Part shown: positions 49,786-59,254 of the stretch, in pieces
Position numbering within the stretch: position 1 is the stretch's first letter
Layout of the letters: each line of letters begins with the position of its first letter
From: an uncultured Planctomycetota bacterium
Lineage (GTDB): Bacteria > Planctomycetota > Planctomycetia > Isosphaerales > Isosphaeraceae
Direction: 5' to 3'
NCBI GenBank assembly: GCA_963823665.1
Contig: CAWGMQ010000002.1
Span: 221,753-285,752 of the forward strand
Length of the DNA stretch: 64,000 nt
The notes under the pieces: generated by a model
What the model was told of the DNA's origin: nothing
The model's database searches: none
What the model saw: only the letters and a program-made list of their open reading frames with translations
Position numbers and translations under genes: made by a program

Positions 49786-51102
49786 TCATGGCTCTCGATA
49801 GAGCACACCGTCCTTCATCACCAGTTTGACCTGGCGCAGTGTTTTGATGTCCTGGGTTGGATCACCCTGGACACAGATCAGGTCGGCGCGAAGGCCCGGT
49901 TTGACGGCACCTAAACGATCGTCGAGCCGCAGGACCTTGGCGGCAACGGAGGTTGATGCCCATAGTGCATCAACGGGCTTCATGCCGAACTCGACGAGCA
50001 ATTCGAGTTCACGCGCACCTTCGCCGTGTGCAAAAACGCCCATGTCGCTGCCGTTGGCGATCTTGACACCCGCCTCGAGGGCCAGCTTGAACGTTGCTCT
50101 CGCGCGTTTGAGGCGGGCGGGCTCGGGGTCTGTGCCCGGGCGATAGCCTGCGTATCGCGCTGATGATTCAAACGCGGTCAGTGTTGGGCAAAGAGCTACT
50201 CCTCGCTCGGTCATCAGCTTGAATACTTCCGCGTCGCCGCCGTCTCCGTGCTCGATGGTCGCAACGCCTGCGAGTGCTGCGCGGCGCATGCCTTCCTTGG
50301 AGGTTGCATGAACCGCCACGGGAACTCCCACAGACCCTGCCGTCTCGACGATTCGCGTGAGCTCCTCAAGAGAAAACGATGGGCGGACAGATGCACCGCC
50401 CATCGCCGTGTCGGCATAAACTTTGATCCAATCGGCACCTTTGCCGATCTGGTCGCGGACAACCCGGATCAAGGAATCGACGCCATCGGCCTCTTCAGCC
50501 CCTTGAGGGATCTCAAACTCCGGTGCAAAGCCCTTGGGCGCATAACTTCCCGTCGCAACAATGGCTCGCGTGACGACCAGCATTCGCGGACCGGGGATGA
50601 TCCCCTGCGCAACGGCCTGTTTGAGACCGACATCCGCATATCCGGCTCCTTCGGTGCCCAGATCGCGAATCGTCGTGAACCCGGAAAGAAGCGTGCTGCG
50701 CAGGTGGTTCGTGGCGCGGCAGACGCGCAGCGCCAGGGCTTCCTTGAGCACCTGATCGTTCCACAGTGCTTCGTCATACGGATGCAGCAAGACATGCGTG
50801 TGGGCGTCGATCAGACCGGGAATGAGCGTTGTACCTGCTAGCTCGATCGTGCGAGCACCCTCCGGAATCTTCACCTCCCTCGCCGGCCCGGCTGCCTCAA
50901 TCTTTGACCCGCGGGTCACGACGACCCAGCCGGCATGAGTCTCAGCCGAAAGCCCATCCCATACGCGTTCCGGCTTCAGAACAAGCGGGTTTGTTGCAAC
51001 CGGACGAGGCCGCTGGCCAGAGCGCCTGCCAGGTTGCTGAGCAAAGGCACAATCGGCGGCGATCCAGAGTGGCAGTAGAGCGATCAGCAAGCGCCGCACC
51101 AT
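49786..51102 (-). CDS. Metal-dependent amidohydrolase (Xaa-Pro dipeptidase-like)
   Basis: PGLIDAHTH, GFTTIRDLG, GADWIK, VAVHA, TIEHG, GSD and ADLI. Confidence 0.92.
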   Translation of the reverse strand: MVRRLLIALLPLWIAADCAFAQQPGRRSGQRPRPVATNPLVLKPERVWDGLSAETHAGWVVVTRGSKIEAAGPAREVKIPEGARTIELAGTTLIPGLIDAHTHVLLHPYDEALWNDQVLKEALALRVCRATNHLRSTLLSGFTTIRDLGTEGAGYADVGLKQAVAQGIIPGPRMLVVTRAIVATGSYAPKGFAPEFEIPQGAEEADGVDSLIRVVRDQIGKGADWIKVYADTAMGGASVRPSFSLEELTRIVETAGSVGVPVAVHATSKEGMRRAALAGVATIEHGDGGDAEVFKLMTERGVALCPTLTAFESSARYAGYRPGTDPEPARLKRARATFKLALEAGVKIANGSDMGVFAHGEGARELELLVEFGMKPVDALWASTSVAAKVLRLDDRLGAVKPGLRADLICVQGDPTQDIKTLRQVKLVMKDGVLYREP

Positions 51103-51305
51103 GATGATGAGTGCTCCTATACAAATAAACTTAACTAATATTGTTGGTTATATAGAAACTGTTCCTTCGCAGCGAGGGACGCCATACGCTGCAAAACAAG
51201 CACGGATTATTACCTCCCTTAGGGTTGCACGATACCTCGTAACGGCAAAATCGAGTAAAAACCCGGCCGTTACTTGACGAATCTCAGTCGGTTGTGCGAT
51301 GTTAG

Positions 51306-51317
51306 TTGAACGATCAA
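51306..51317. promoter_or_regulatory. Imperfect palindrome, candidate TetR operator
   Basis: TTGAACGATCAA (5 of 6 pairs) 13 bp upstream of the TetR start; TTGACG at 51274-51279. Confidence 0.55.
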
Positions 51318-51330
51318 TAAAGTCGGGGGC

Positions 51331-52005
51331 GTGATGAAGAACTCGACGCGTGAGCGGCTGGTGGAAGCGGCGAGGGTTTTGTTCTGGAAACACGGGTATT
51401 CGAGCACGGGGATCGCCCAGATCTTGAAAGAGGCCGATGCCGGTAGTGGCAGCCTCTACTATTTTTTCCCGACCAAGGAAGATCTTCTGCTGGCTGTTCT
51501 GGAGTGGTATCGAGAAAACCTGTGGTCCCAGGTTGTTCAGCCGGTGTTTGATCGAGTCACTGATCCAATCGAGCGGATTTTCGGCATCCTCGACGGGTAC
51601 CGGCGTGGTCTTCTGCTGACGAACTTTCAGCACGGCTGTCCCATCGGCAACCTGGCGCTTGAGCTATCCGACAGCCATCCGGCCGTGCGCGAGCTCCTGG
51701 CTGTCAACTTCACGGGCTGGCGTAAGGTGATCGAACAGTGTCTTGCCGAGAGCGCCGGCTGCCTGCCCGAAACTCTTGATCGCGATCAGCTCGCACTCTT
51801 CGTGCTCACCACCATGGAAGGTTCGGTGATGCTGGCCCGTTCCTACCAGGATATTGCACCTTACGATGCCGCCGTTACTCAGCTTCGCGATTATTTTGAG
51901 CGTCTCCGCCGCGACGGAACGGACTGGTCGGTGCTACGACCTCAGGAGGCCGACGATCGCCCGGCCCGATCAAAACCGAAACGTCGATCCCGATCGAGTA
52001 AATGA
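51331..52005 (+). CDS. TetR/AcrR family regulator (LmrA/YxaF/NemR-like C-terminus)
   Basis: TRERLVEAA..LF...GY, GSLYYFFPTKEDL and GCPIGNLALE. Confidence 0.93.
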   Translation: MMKNSTRERLVEAARVLFWKHGYSSTGIAQILKEADAGSGSLYYFFPTKEDLLLAVLEWYRENLWSQVVQPVFDRVTDPIERIFGILDGYRRGLLLTNFQHGCPIGNLALELSDSHPAVRELLAVNFTGWRKVIEQCLAESAGCLPETLDRDQLALFVLTTMEGSVMLARSYQDIAPYDAAVTQLRDYFERLRRDGTDWSVLRPQEADDRPARSKPKRRSRSSK

Positions 52006-52056
52006 ACGCCTACTGACAGAGAGATTCCACCATTTTTCCAAAAAGAGGAGGTTGTC

Positions 52057-53067
52057 GTGAAACCGCTCAAGATCACACTCCTTGCCTGTTGTCTGGCTGT
52101 GTGCGGGCCGACTTCATCAACCCGGTCTGCCGATGAGCCAACGACCAAAACCGGCGATGGCAATGCCGAGAAGACCATGGCCAAGCTGGCCGAGCTGGTT
52201 GGCGGCACGTGGATCAATTCGGACCCGAAATTCGTTGTCGAGAATCACTTCGAGTGGGCGTTTGGCAACAAGGTCATTCGCGGTGTCAACTTCACAGACA
52301 AAGGCGGCCCGCATGAAACCCGGATTGAAGCTTATCTCGGCCGCGATCCCGAGAACAACACTGTCTACTACCTGGATTGCCACGGGGGAACCAGTGTGTT
52401 CAAGGGAACCGTCAAGCTCGAAGGCGAAGACGTGATCTTCGAATTCGCGACGATTATCGGTAAACCGGCCACCTGGCGCGAAGTGCTGCGGTTTACGGAC
52501 AAGGACACGATGCAATTCACGATCTTCGGCCGGAAAGGTGAAGAGTGGATTCCCGTGGTCAAACAGACGTCCTCGCGCAAACAGCCTCGCTCGAGCGCAT
52601 CCGAGCAAGTTACTGAAGGCATGGTTACCGCGCCGGTTGATTCAGTGTGGGCGGCACTCGCCACCAACGAGGGTCAGGAATCATGGAACGTTGCCCATGC
52701 TGACATCGATCTCAAGATCGGGGGCAAGATGCGTACTCACTACGATCCTGCCGGTCGGATCGGTGATCCCAATACGATCGAGAACATCATACTCGCGTTC
52801 GAGCCCCGGCGGCTGCTCGTTCTCCAGGTGCAAAACCCACCTGAGAAATTCCCATACAAAACCGCGATCAAGAAGATGTGGACCGTGATCTATTTCGAGG
52901 AGGCAGGACCATCACTCACGAAGCTGCGTCTTGTCGGCACTGGCTACGGTGACGACGAAGAGTCGCAAAAGCTCCGCAGCTTCTTCGAAAAAGGAAACGC
53001 GTACACACTGAAGAAACTTCAAGAGAAATTTGCCGCGAAGGACTCGCGAGCTGCAAAGGCTAGTTGA
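52057..53067 (+). CDS. Secreted two-domain protein with C-terminal SRPBCC domain
   Basis: GAGGAGG RBS and signal peptide. N-domain LAELVGGTW; C-domain APVDSVWAAL...W..AHA.IDLKIGG...ILAFEP.RLL. Confidence 0.8.
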   Translation: MKPLKITLLACCLAVCGPTSSTRSADEPTTKTGDGNAEKTMAKLAELVGGTWINSDPKFVVENHFEWAFGNKVIRGVNFTDKGGPHETRIEAYLGRDPENNTVYYLDCHGGTSVFKGTVKLEGEDVIFEFATIIGKPATWREVLRFTDKDTMQFTIFGRKGEEWIPVVKQTSSRKQPRSSASEQVTEGMVTAPVDSVWAALATNEGQESWNVAHADIDLKIGGKMRTHYDPAGRIGDPNTIENIILAFEPRRLLVLQVQNPPEKFPYKTAIKKMWTVIYFEEAGPSLTKLRLVGTGYGDDEESQKLRSFFEKGNAYTLKKLQEKFAAKDSRAAKAS

Positions 53068-53205
53068 CACATTCCGAAATTCGCGCTGACTCGCCCGCTG
53101 GGCGTGCCTGGCAACTTCGGCAGCAGTCCGCTCTAATCAGGGAAAATCACGCGATGGCCATTCTGTTCTCCGCGTGATCGATCCATTGATCGGAGCGGAC
53201 ACTTC

Positions 53206-55782
53206 ATGAATGCCGAGCAGCAGCGGCAACTCGAGCAAGACACCGCGCTCATGGACTCGATCGCCCTCGAGGCCCTGAGTTCGAAGCCTGCTGTCCCGGC
53301 TAAGTCTGGTATGGGGCTCGACGAAGCTCACAGCGTGCTCGGCTCAAGCGAGGTTCAGTTCGGCGGCTTGAACCTAGACGACGAGGCGGAAGCAGACCTT
53401 GCTGATACCGAAGATGAGCGAATAGACGACTACTGCGACCGGCACCGGCTTGATGTGCGCAGCCGGATCGAGTTGTTTATCCAGGTTTGCAGGGCCGTTC
53501 ATGTCGCTCACCAGCACGCAATCATCCACGGCAGTTTAATGCCGGATTTTATCCTGATCACGTCCAACGGCGTGCCCAGGCTCCTTCATTTCGGCAAAGC
53601 AAATCCGGAACTTGGCTCCTTCGCGAACGATCCCAAGGGCGGAGCGCCAGCAAGCCTGGCGCCACTCGAAGAGCCCGTACTCACGCCCGAGTACACCGCT
53701 CCCGAGCAAGTGACCGGCGAAACGGTAACAACGGCCAGTGATGTCTACGCGCTGGGTGTGATCTTCTACAGGCTCATGACCGGGCGCCGGCCATACCATT
53801 TCAAGACACGAAACGTTTCAGAGGTGCTGCAAGCGATCTGTGAACAGGCACCGGAGAAGCCCAGCGCGTCCGTGGTTCGACCGATTGATTGCCGTGCGAT
53901 TCCGTTTGACCAGCTTTCTGTTACGACAGTGCCGCGGTCAGAATCAACGACTGAATCACCACCGAGCTCACTCGTGAGTCTGCTGTGCTCGAGTGCCCAG
54001 GAGCTCGCTGTCGCACGCGGATGTTCTGCCGAGCGGCTGAAACGAATCCTGCGTGGCGACCTGGACGCGATCATTCTGACAGCAATGCGCAAAGAGCCCG
54101 AGAGACGGTATGCCTCGGCCGATCAGTTTGCTCTCGACCTGACCTGTTATCTCAAGGGATTGCCTGTCAGTGCCGTGCGCCACTCGGTGACGTATTGTAC
54201 CCTCAAGTTCGTGCGGCGCAATGTAGCGGCGGTCGTTGCAAGCACTCTGGTCGCCGGGCTTCTTGTTGCCGGCATCGTGGGAATTGCGGTGGGTCTCAAC
54301 ATGGCCCGCCGTGATCGCGATCGGGCCCAGAGGTCTTTCTACCAGTCACTCAAAACCGTCAATCAGTTCTTCACGCAGGTTACTGAGGAGCGGCTTCTCA
54401 CCGAGCCTGGACTGGATCCACTTCGCAAGGCACTGCTTGAAGACACAGGGCGGTCCTATGAAGATCTCCTTGCCGGCCGAGGCGGTGACCGCTCTCTTCA
54501 ACCTGAATTAGCGGCAGCTCGCACCAATCTGGCGCAGATTTCCAGTGTGATCGGATCCACGACGAAGGCCGTCACGGACTTCGAGCTGGCTGTGACGCTC
54601 TGGGACGATCTTGTCGCAGCAGAGCCACTGAATTCCGCATATCGCGAATCGCTGGCACGCACTCTGATCAAGCAGGGCAGCCTGATGGCGCGTCTTCCGG
54701 GCCGGTGTGATGAAGCGCATCGCACCTTCCGCCGTGCTTGTGAGTTGCTCGAACCGCTTGTTGCCAACCCTCATCTCGCGACGGCGGAACACGCGCTCAG
54801 CGTGGCCCTGGAGCACATTGCGGAGATCGAGTACGAGCGAGGTCGAGCAAAGGAAGCGATCGAGAATGTAGAGAGGTCGCTCGTCATTGAATCGAAGCTT
54901 GCCGACGCCGACTCTCGTGCCGTCGATCCTCTGATCTCGATGGCCAAGGGTCACGCCCTCCTGGGCCGGATACTCGCCACGCAACCTGACGGCACCGAGT
55001 GGGCGATTGCGGAATTCCAGCAAGCCGTCGAACGACTCGAGAAGGTCAATCGCGAGCACCCCGAGTTTTCCGACCAAACTTGTGAGCTTGGGCGCTGCCT
55101 CGGGGATCTAAGCAACCTTGAGCAGACCGCCGGCAGGCTTGACTCGGCGCTGGCCAGTGCCGGTAAGGCCGTGGAAAACCTTGAACGCCTCGAACGCCAG
55201 TATCCCGCTGTTCTCAGTTACCAGCACGTTCTCGCCAGCACTTATCACTCGCTGAGCGAGCTGCACCGCTATCGACGCGAGCCAGCCGATGCCATCACCT
55301 CTGCTCAGAAGGCAAAAACACTGCTCGAGAAATTGATCGCGCAGCCCGACAATGTCTTGTTCCGGATCGATCTGGCAAAGAGCCAGAACACCCTTGGCCG
55401 GCTCTTTCAGCAAACGGGAGAGCCTGTGGAGGCACTACGATCGTTTCAACGCGCCGTTGATGTTTACGAGAGCATACCCAAGCTTGATGCTCGCAACCGC
55501 TACAACCTGGCTTGCAATGTCGCCCTGAGTATCCCGTTGATCGGAGCGAAGAATGGTTCCGTTGACGCGGTAGATTTCTCAAAACTGAGCAAGGCCGACC
55601 AGCTCCGCCGCCAGCGATATGGGGACCGGGCCATTGAACTGCTGCACGAAGCGTCTCTGGAAGGCTTCCCTGATCTCGATGTTCTCCGGTCCGATACCGA
55701 TCTTGACCCACTTCGCGATCGGCCCGACTTTCAGACTCTGATCAACGAAGTTGAGAAGAAGTCGTCCGGGCAAAGCGGTTAG
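53206..55782 (+). CDS. Degenerate Ser/Thr kinase (pseudokinase) with TM and TPR repeats
   Basis: C-lobe motifs TPEYTAPEQ, ASDVYALG, GDLDAI and KEPERRY are intact. HRDLKPxN reads HGSLMPDF and DFG reads HFG; there is no N-lobe. TM, TPRs and YNLAC follow. Confidence 0.85.
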   Translation: MNAEQQRQLEQDTALMDSIALEALSSKPAVPAKSGMGLDEAHSVLGSSEVQFGGLNLDDEAEADLADTEDERIDDYCDRHRLDVRSRIELFIQVCRAVHVAHQHAIIHGSLMPDFILITSNGVPRLLHFGKANPELGSFANDPKGGAPASLAPLEEPVLTPEYTAPEQVTGETVTTASDVYALGVIFYRLMTGRRPYHFKTRNVSEVLQAICEQAPEKPSASVVRPIDCRAIPFDQLSVTTVPRSESTTESPPSSLVSLLCSSAQELAVARGCSAERLKRILRGDLDAIILTAMRKEPERRYASADQFALDLTCYLKGLPVSAVRHSVTYCTLKFVRRNVAAVVASTLVAGLLVAGIVGIAVGLNMARRDRDRAQRSFYQSLKTVNQFFTQVTEERLLTEPGLDPLRKALLEDTGRSYEDLLAGRGGDRSLQPELAAARTNLAQISSVIGSTTKAVTDFELAVTLWDDLVAAEPLNSAYRESLARTLIKQGSLMARLPGRCDEAHRTFRRACELLEPLVANPHLATAEHALSVALEHIAEIEYERGRAKEAIENVERSLVIESKLADADSRAVDPLISMAKGHALLGRILATQPDGTEWAIAEFQQAVERLEKVNREHPEFSDQTCELGRCLGDLSNLEQTAGRLDSALASAGKAVENLERLERQYPAVLSYQHVLASTYHSLSELHRYRREPADAITSAQKAKTLLEKLIAQPDNVLFRIDLAKSQNTLGRLFQQTGEPVEALRSFQRAVDVYESIPKLDARNRYNLACNVALSIPLIGAKNGSVDAVDFSKLSKADQLRRQRYGDRAIELLHEASLEGFPDLDVLRSDTDLDPLRDRPDFQTLINEVEKKSSGQSG

Positions 55783-55803
55783 AATCCCCTGATCGACCGC
55801 CGC

Positions 55804-55833
55804 TTGACACTCTGCCGCGTGTCGGGCCAAACT
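55804..55833 (+). promoter_or_regulatory. Possible sigma70 promoter
   Basis: TTGACA, 18 bp, CAAACT upstream of the 55907 ORF. Confidence 0.4.
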
Positions 55834-55906
55834 CAAGCAGACGGATCGACACCGGTCTCGATCGATTGTTTCGAAACCGATGTTCGGACCTCCGAGGCCC
55901 GTGATC

Positions 55907-56461
55907 ATGAGCGCTCATCGACCAGATTCTTCTCCACAGGCTCCTGAGGAGACCGACCCTCGATTCCCCTCCGGACCCTGGCAGGGTTTTTTCTTGATGG
56001 CCCACTGGCCAGGCCGGCACACGATGGAACTCCACCTGACCTTTCGGCAGGGAGTCATGACCGGCGAAGGCCGCGACATGATCGGCGAGTTCCTTATCCG
56101 CGGCAAATACAGCATCGATGACGGAAAATGCCACTGGTCCAAGCGGTACATCGACAAACATGATGTCGCTTACCAGGGCTATAACGAGGGAAAGGGGATC
56201 TGGGGGATCTGGGAAATTCCGCCGACCTGGCGTGGAGGATTTCACATCTGGCCGACAGCGATGGGAGACCCAACATTTCCGAAGCTCGCGGAAGCAATCG
56301 ATGAGCCGATTGAATTTCGGAGCGTCCAGGAGTTCGAGGACCAGGAAATCGAAGAGTTGCAGCCAGCCGGGGCTGGGGCCGATCTGTCATCGTCCCAATC
56401 GGGCCCAGCGGCGACCGCGGCGGCAAGCCAGAGGGGCTTCGCCTCGGAGCCAGGATCGTAG
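55907..56461 (+). CDS. Hypothetical protein (Trp/Gly-rich beta-barrel-like core)
   Basis: ETDPRFPSGPWQGFF...GEGRDMIGEF...W.KRY...GIWGIW...GGFHIWP, then an acidic tail. Confidence 0.75.
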   Translation: MSAHRPDSSPQAPEETDPRFPSGPWQGFFLMAHWPGRHTMELHLTFRQGVMTGEGRDMIGEFLIRGKYSIDDGKCHWSKRYIDKHDVAYQGYNEGKGIWGIWEIPPTWRGGFHIWPTAMGDPTFPKLAEAIDEPIEFRSVQEFEDQEIEELQPAGAGADLSSSQSGPAATAAASQRGFASEPGS

Positions 56462-57754
56462 ATCCTTGGCAAAATCCCCACAGGTTGAATAGCGGTGCTC
56501 GGGTTTCTTCGCGAGGGCCTTTTGACAGATTGCGGCCAGCGCGCGGGGAACCCTCGGGGCAATGGTGTGAAGTGCGGGCGGGTCGTGATGGATCGTGTGG
56601 AAGAGAACGTACGAAGGAGGCCCAGTGAACGGGGGTTGACCACTTAGCAGCTCATAGAAGACCGCGCCCAAGCTATACTGGTCACTTGCTGGTAGCACAT
56701 CGGTCTGTCCCCCTTGGGCCTGCTCGGGAGCAACATAAGCCGGCGTACCAAGAATCACGCCGGGAGGAAGCGGCATTTCGCCCGAGTCAGGACGGTAGGC
56801 AATACTGAAATCCATTACAAAAACGACACCTTGGCCATCGAGACGAATGTTGGCCGGCTTGACGTCGCGATGAACGACTCCCTGACTATGAGCGTATCCG
56901 AGCGCCTCCGCAAGCTCAGCGACGATTTCCGCAGCACGCTGGACTTCGAATGGGCGTTCCGCCATCTGCTGAGCGAGGCTGGAGCCTTGGATGAGTGCCA
57001 TGGCCATGTAATGCCGGCCGCCGGCGCAGCCGGCTTCATATACAGGTACGATCTGAGGATGCCGCAGCCGCGCCAGAGCTTTGGCCTCGCCCAAAAACCT
57101 TTCCAGCCCCTTGGCCGACCTGATCACACCCTGACGTGGCACCTTGAGTGCCACATCGCGTTCCAGAACCGGATCGTAGGCACAATAGACTGTAGCATGT
57201 TGACCTTCACCCAGAATCTCTCCAATCCGAAAGCGTCCTAAGGTTCCGGACTTTGGCAGTCTCTGGTCCGTGCTGGCTATGGCGGTCTCGCTTCGGACCG
57301 AGGGCGCCATCGAGGCGGATGATTTTACGGCCGTGCTGTAACGGGAAAGTGAACGACTATCCGATACAAAGGCCTCGAGGACAACCTCACTACTTTCATC
57401 GGAGTCGAGCCCCAAGCATGAGCTCTGGTGATTCTCTCGATCAAAATCGACTGCGTCGATCAAGACTTCACCGCTTTCAAGGCCCATCAAACTCCGCGCC
57501 GGGAATTCTTGCGCTGTTGACGGCGACGCCTCATTGCATCGCCTGGAAGTCGCCAATCTGAAGTTTGAACCAACGAGTGAAGGGCGCGGGGGGCCCAGAA
57601 CCGCTGTCCACCGCGCGTCACCTGCTGTCGATGGGGCAGTTGGTAATTTGGTCAGGCAGCGTGGACATCGGAAGATGCGACCGAGGGGATCAACGCCCAG
57701 ATGGGAAACCCGACCACATGCCGCGTTCGGGCAATGCACGATCAGTGTCGTCAT
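56387..57754 (-). CDS. Ser/Thr protein kinase with N-terminal zinc ribbon
   Basis: CPNAAC...CPRC; GEGQHATVY, VALK, HRDVKPAN, DFS, GTPAYVAPEQ and SDQYSLG; AGGAG RBS. Confidence 0.9.
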   Translation of the reverse strand: MTTLIVHCPNAACGRVSHLGVDPLGRIFRCPRCLTKLPTAPSTAGDARWTAVLGPPRPSLVGSNFRLATSRRCNEASPSTAQEFPARSLMGLESGEVLIDAVDFDRENHQSSCLGLDSDESSEVVLEAFVSDSRSLSRYSTAVKSSASMAPSVRSETAIASTDQRLPKSGTLGRFRIGEILGEGQHATVYCAYDPVLERDVALKVPRQGVIRSAKGLERFLGEAKALARLRHPQIVPVYEAGCAGGRHYMAMALIQGSSLAQQMAERPFEVQRAAEIVAELAEALGYAHSQGVVHRDVKPANIRLDGQGVVFVMDFSIAYRPDSGEMPLPPGVILGTPAYVAPEQAQGGQTDVLPASDQYSLGAVFYELLSGQPPFTGPPSYVLFHTIHHDPPALHTIAPRVPRALAAICQKALAKKPEHRYSTCGDFAKDLRSWLRGEAPLACRRGRRWARLGR

Positions 57755-58188
57755 GATGTTCTCTCCTGCGTCCTTGCCACTGATTTTGCCGAACTGATGC
57801 TGCACGACTCTTGAGGCTGAAGGCAGATACTCGAGAAGGAGATCCCCGCCTTAACAAAGACGCCTCACGCTTGACCAAGCAAACGCAATCGAAAGCGGGC
57901 TACTTCCAAGCGACCCGTCGACCATGCGTGAACGATGCCATGATGGATTTCAAGACCAAGTTCACATTGCTGCACAAACACAGACATTCTTCACTGCTAC
58001 ACCTATAACGCGTCGAGCAGATTTCGCAAACCTCGATCTTCGAAAGATTCTGGTAAATCGATCTGAGAAACCGTTCCTCACGGAATCTCCGATAGAAGTT
58101 TCCCCTGCGCCATAAAGTCCGATTGATTCTCTTGCTTCCCTCATCGACCCACTCGTCGCATCTGAGGATCGTGGGTTAGATTAAAACG

Positions 58189-58986
58189 ATGACCATTCTC
58201 GATAAAATCGTGGGCTCGAAGCGTGAAGAGGTGGCCGTAGCCCGGAAAGTGCAACCGCTCGAAGTGCTCGAGCAGCGTGCTCTGGCGGCACCAGCGCCTC
58301 GCAACTTTCGAGGAGCACTAGCCCGTTCCGGTGCGATCCATCTCATCGCCGAGATCAAGAAAGCGAGCCCCTCAGCCAACGTTATCCGGGCTGATTTTGT
58401 GCCAACCGACATCGCGCGTACTTACGAGAAGCATGGGGCTTCATGTCTGAGCGTGTTGACCGACGCGCCCTATTTCCAGGGGCACCTGACGCATCTGACG
58501 CAGGTTCGAGCCGTCGCTCAGATTCCGGTATTACGCAAAGACTTCGTGATCGATGAATATCAGGTCGTCGAAGCACGCGCAGCCGGAGCCGACGCCATTC
58601 TTCTGATCGCAGAAATTCTCGACGACCGACAGCTTGCCCAGCTTCTGGGACAGGCCAAACACTGGAAAATGGCCGCCCTGGTCGAGTTTCACGACGCAGT
58701 CCATCTGGACCGGGTGCTTGCCTCGGGTGCTGATTTGATCGGGATCAATAACCGCGATCTCCATAGCTTCCACACCGATCTTGAACACACCTTGCGGCTT
58801 CGCGACCGGATTCCTGCCGGTGTTGTGCTCGTCAGCGAAAGCGGTATCCACGCAAGAGCGGACGTTGAACGACTCGAAGCTGCTGGAATCAGAGCGATGC
58901 TGGTCGGCGAATCGCTGATGCGAGCTCCTGATATTGGTCTCGCAGTCGATCACTTGCTGGGCCGATTTCCGGCGAGCGCACGGTAA
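58189..58986 (+). CDS. trpC: Indole-3-glycerol phosphate synthase
   Basis: IAEIKKASPS, SVLTD..YFQG, LRKDF, GADAILLI, GINNRDL, SESGI and LVGE. Confidence 0.97.
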   Translation: MTILDKIVGSKREEVAVARKVQPLEVLEQRALAAPAPRNFRGALARSGAIHLIAEIKKASPSANVIRADFVPTDIARTYEKHGASCLSVLTDAPYFQGHLTHLTQVRAVAQIPVLRKDFVIDEYQVVEARAAGADAILLIAEILDDRQLAQLLGQAKHWKMAALVEFHDAVHLDRVLASGADLIGINNRDLHSFHTDLEHTLRLRDRIPAGVVLVSESGIHARADVERLEAAGIRAMLVGESLMRAPDIGLAVDHLLGRFPASAR

Positions 58987-59251
58987 GCCTCTTTCTCGCC
59001 TTGTTCACCAGCATCAGGTTGCGCACGTAGACGAAGAGACCCATTGTCTGACCGGTGATGATCACCGGGTCACGGCGAAAAACTGCATACGACAGGAGCG
59101 CGAGCCCACCAAGAAGACTGAGCCACCAGAACGCAACAGGGACGATCGACTCGCGCTTTCGTTCGGAGGCCAGCCATTGCACCAGAAACCGCGCGGTGAA
59201 GAACGCCTGACCCAGAAATCCCACCGTTAACCAGACGATCAGGTTCGACAC
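58889..59251 (-). CDS. Lipid-A-disaccharide synthase N-terminal (LAB_N) domain membrane protein
   Basis: GFLGQAFF.ARFLVQW.ASE....S.VP.AFWW.SL.GG...Y...R.DPV.I.GQ..G..VY.RNL. Confidence 0.9.
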   Translation of the reverse strand: MSNLIVWLTVGFLGQAFFTARFLVQWLASERKRESIVPVAFWWLSLLGGLALLSYAVFRRDPVIITGQTMGLFVYVRNLMLVNKARKRLTVRSPEIGPASDRLRDQYQELASAIRRPASL

Positions 59252-59254
59252 AGC

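Noticed and set aside
58189..58986. Isolated trpC as an anomaly
   Set aside because: Dispersed trp genes are common outside the classical operon-bearing lineages, so this is not informative.
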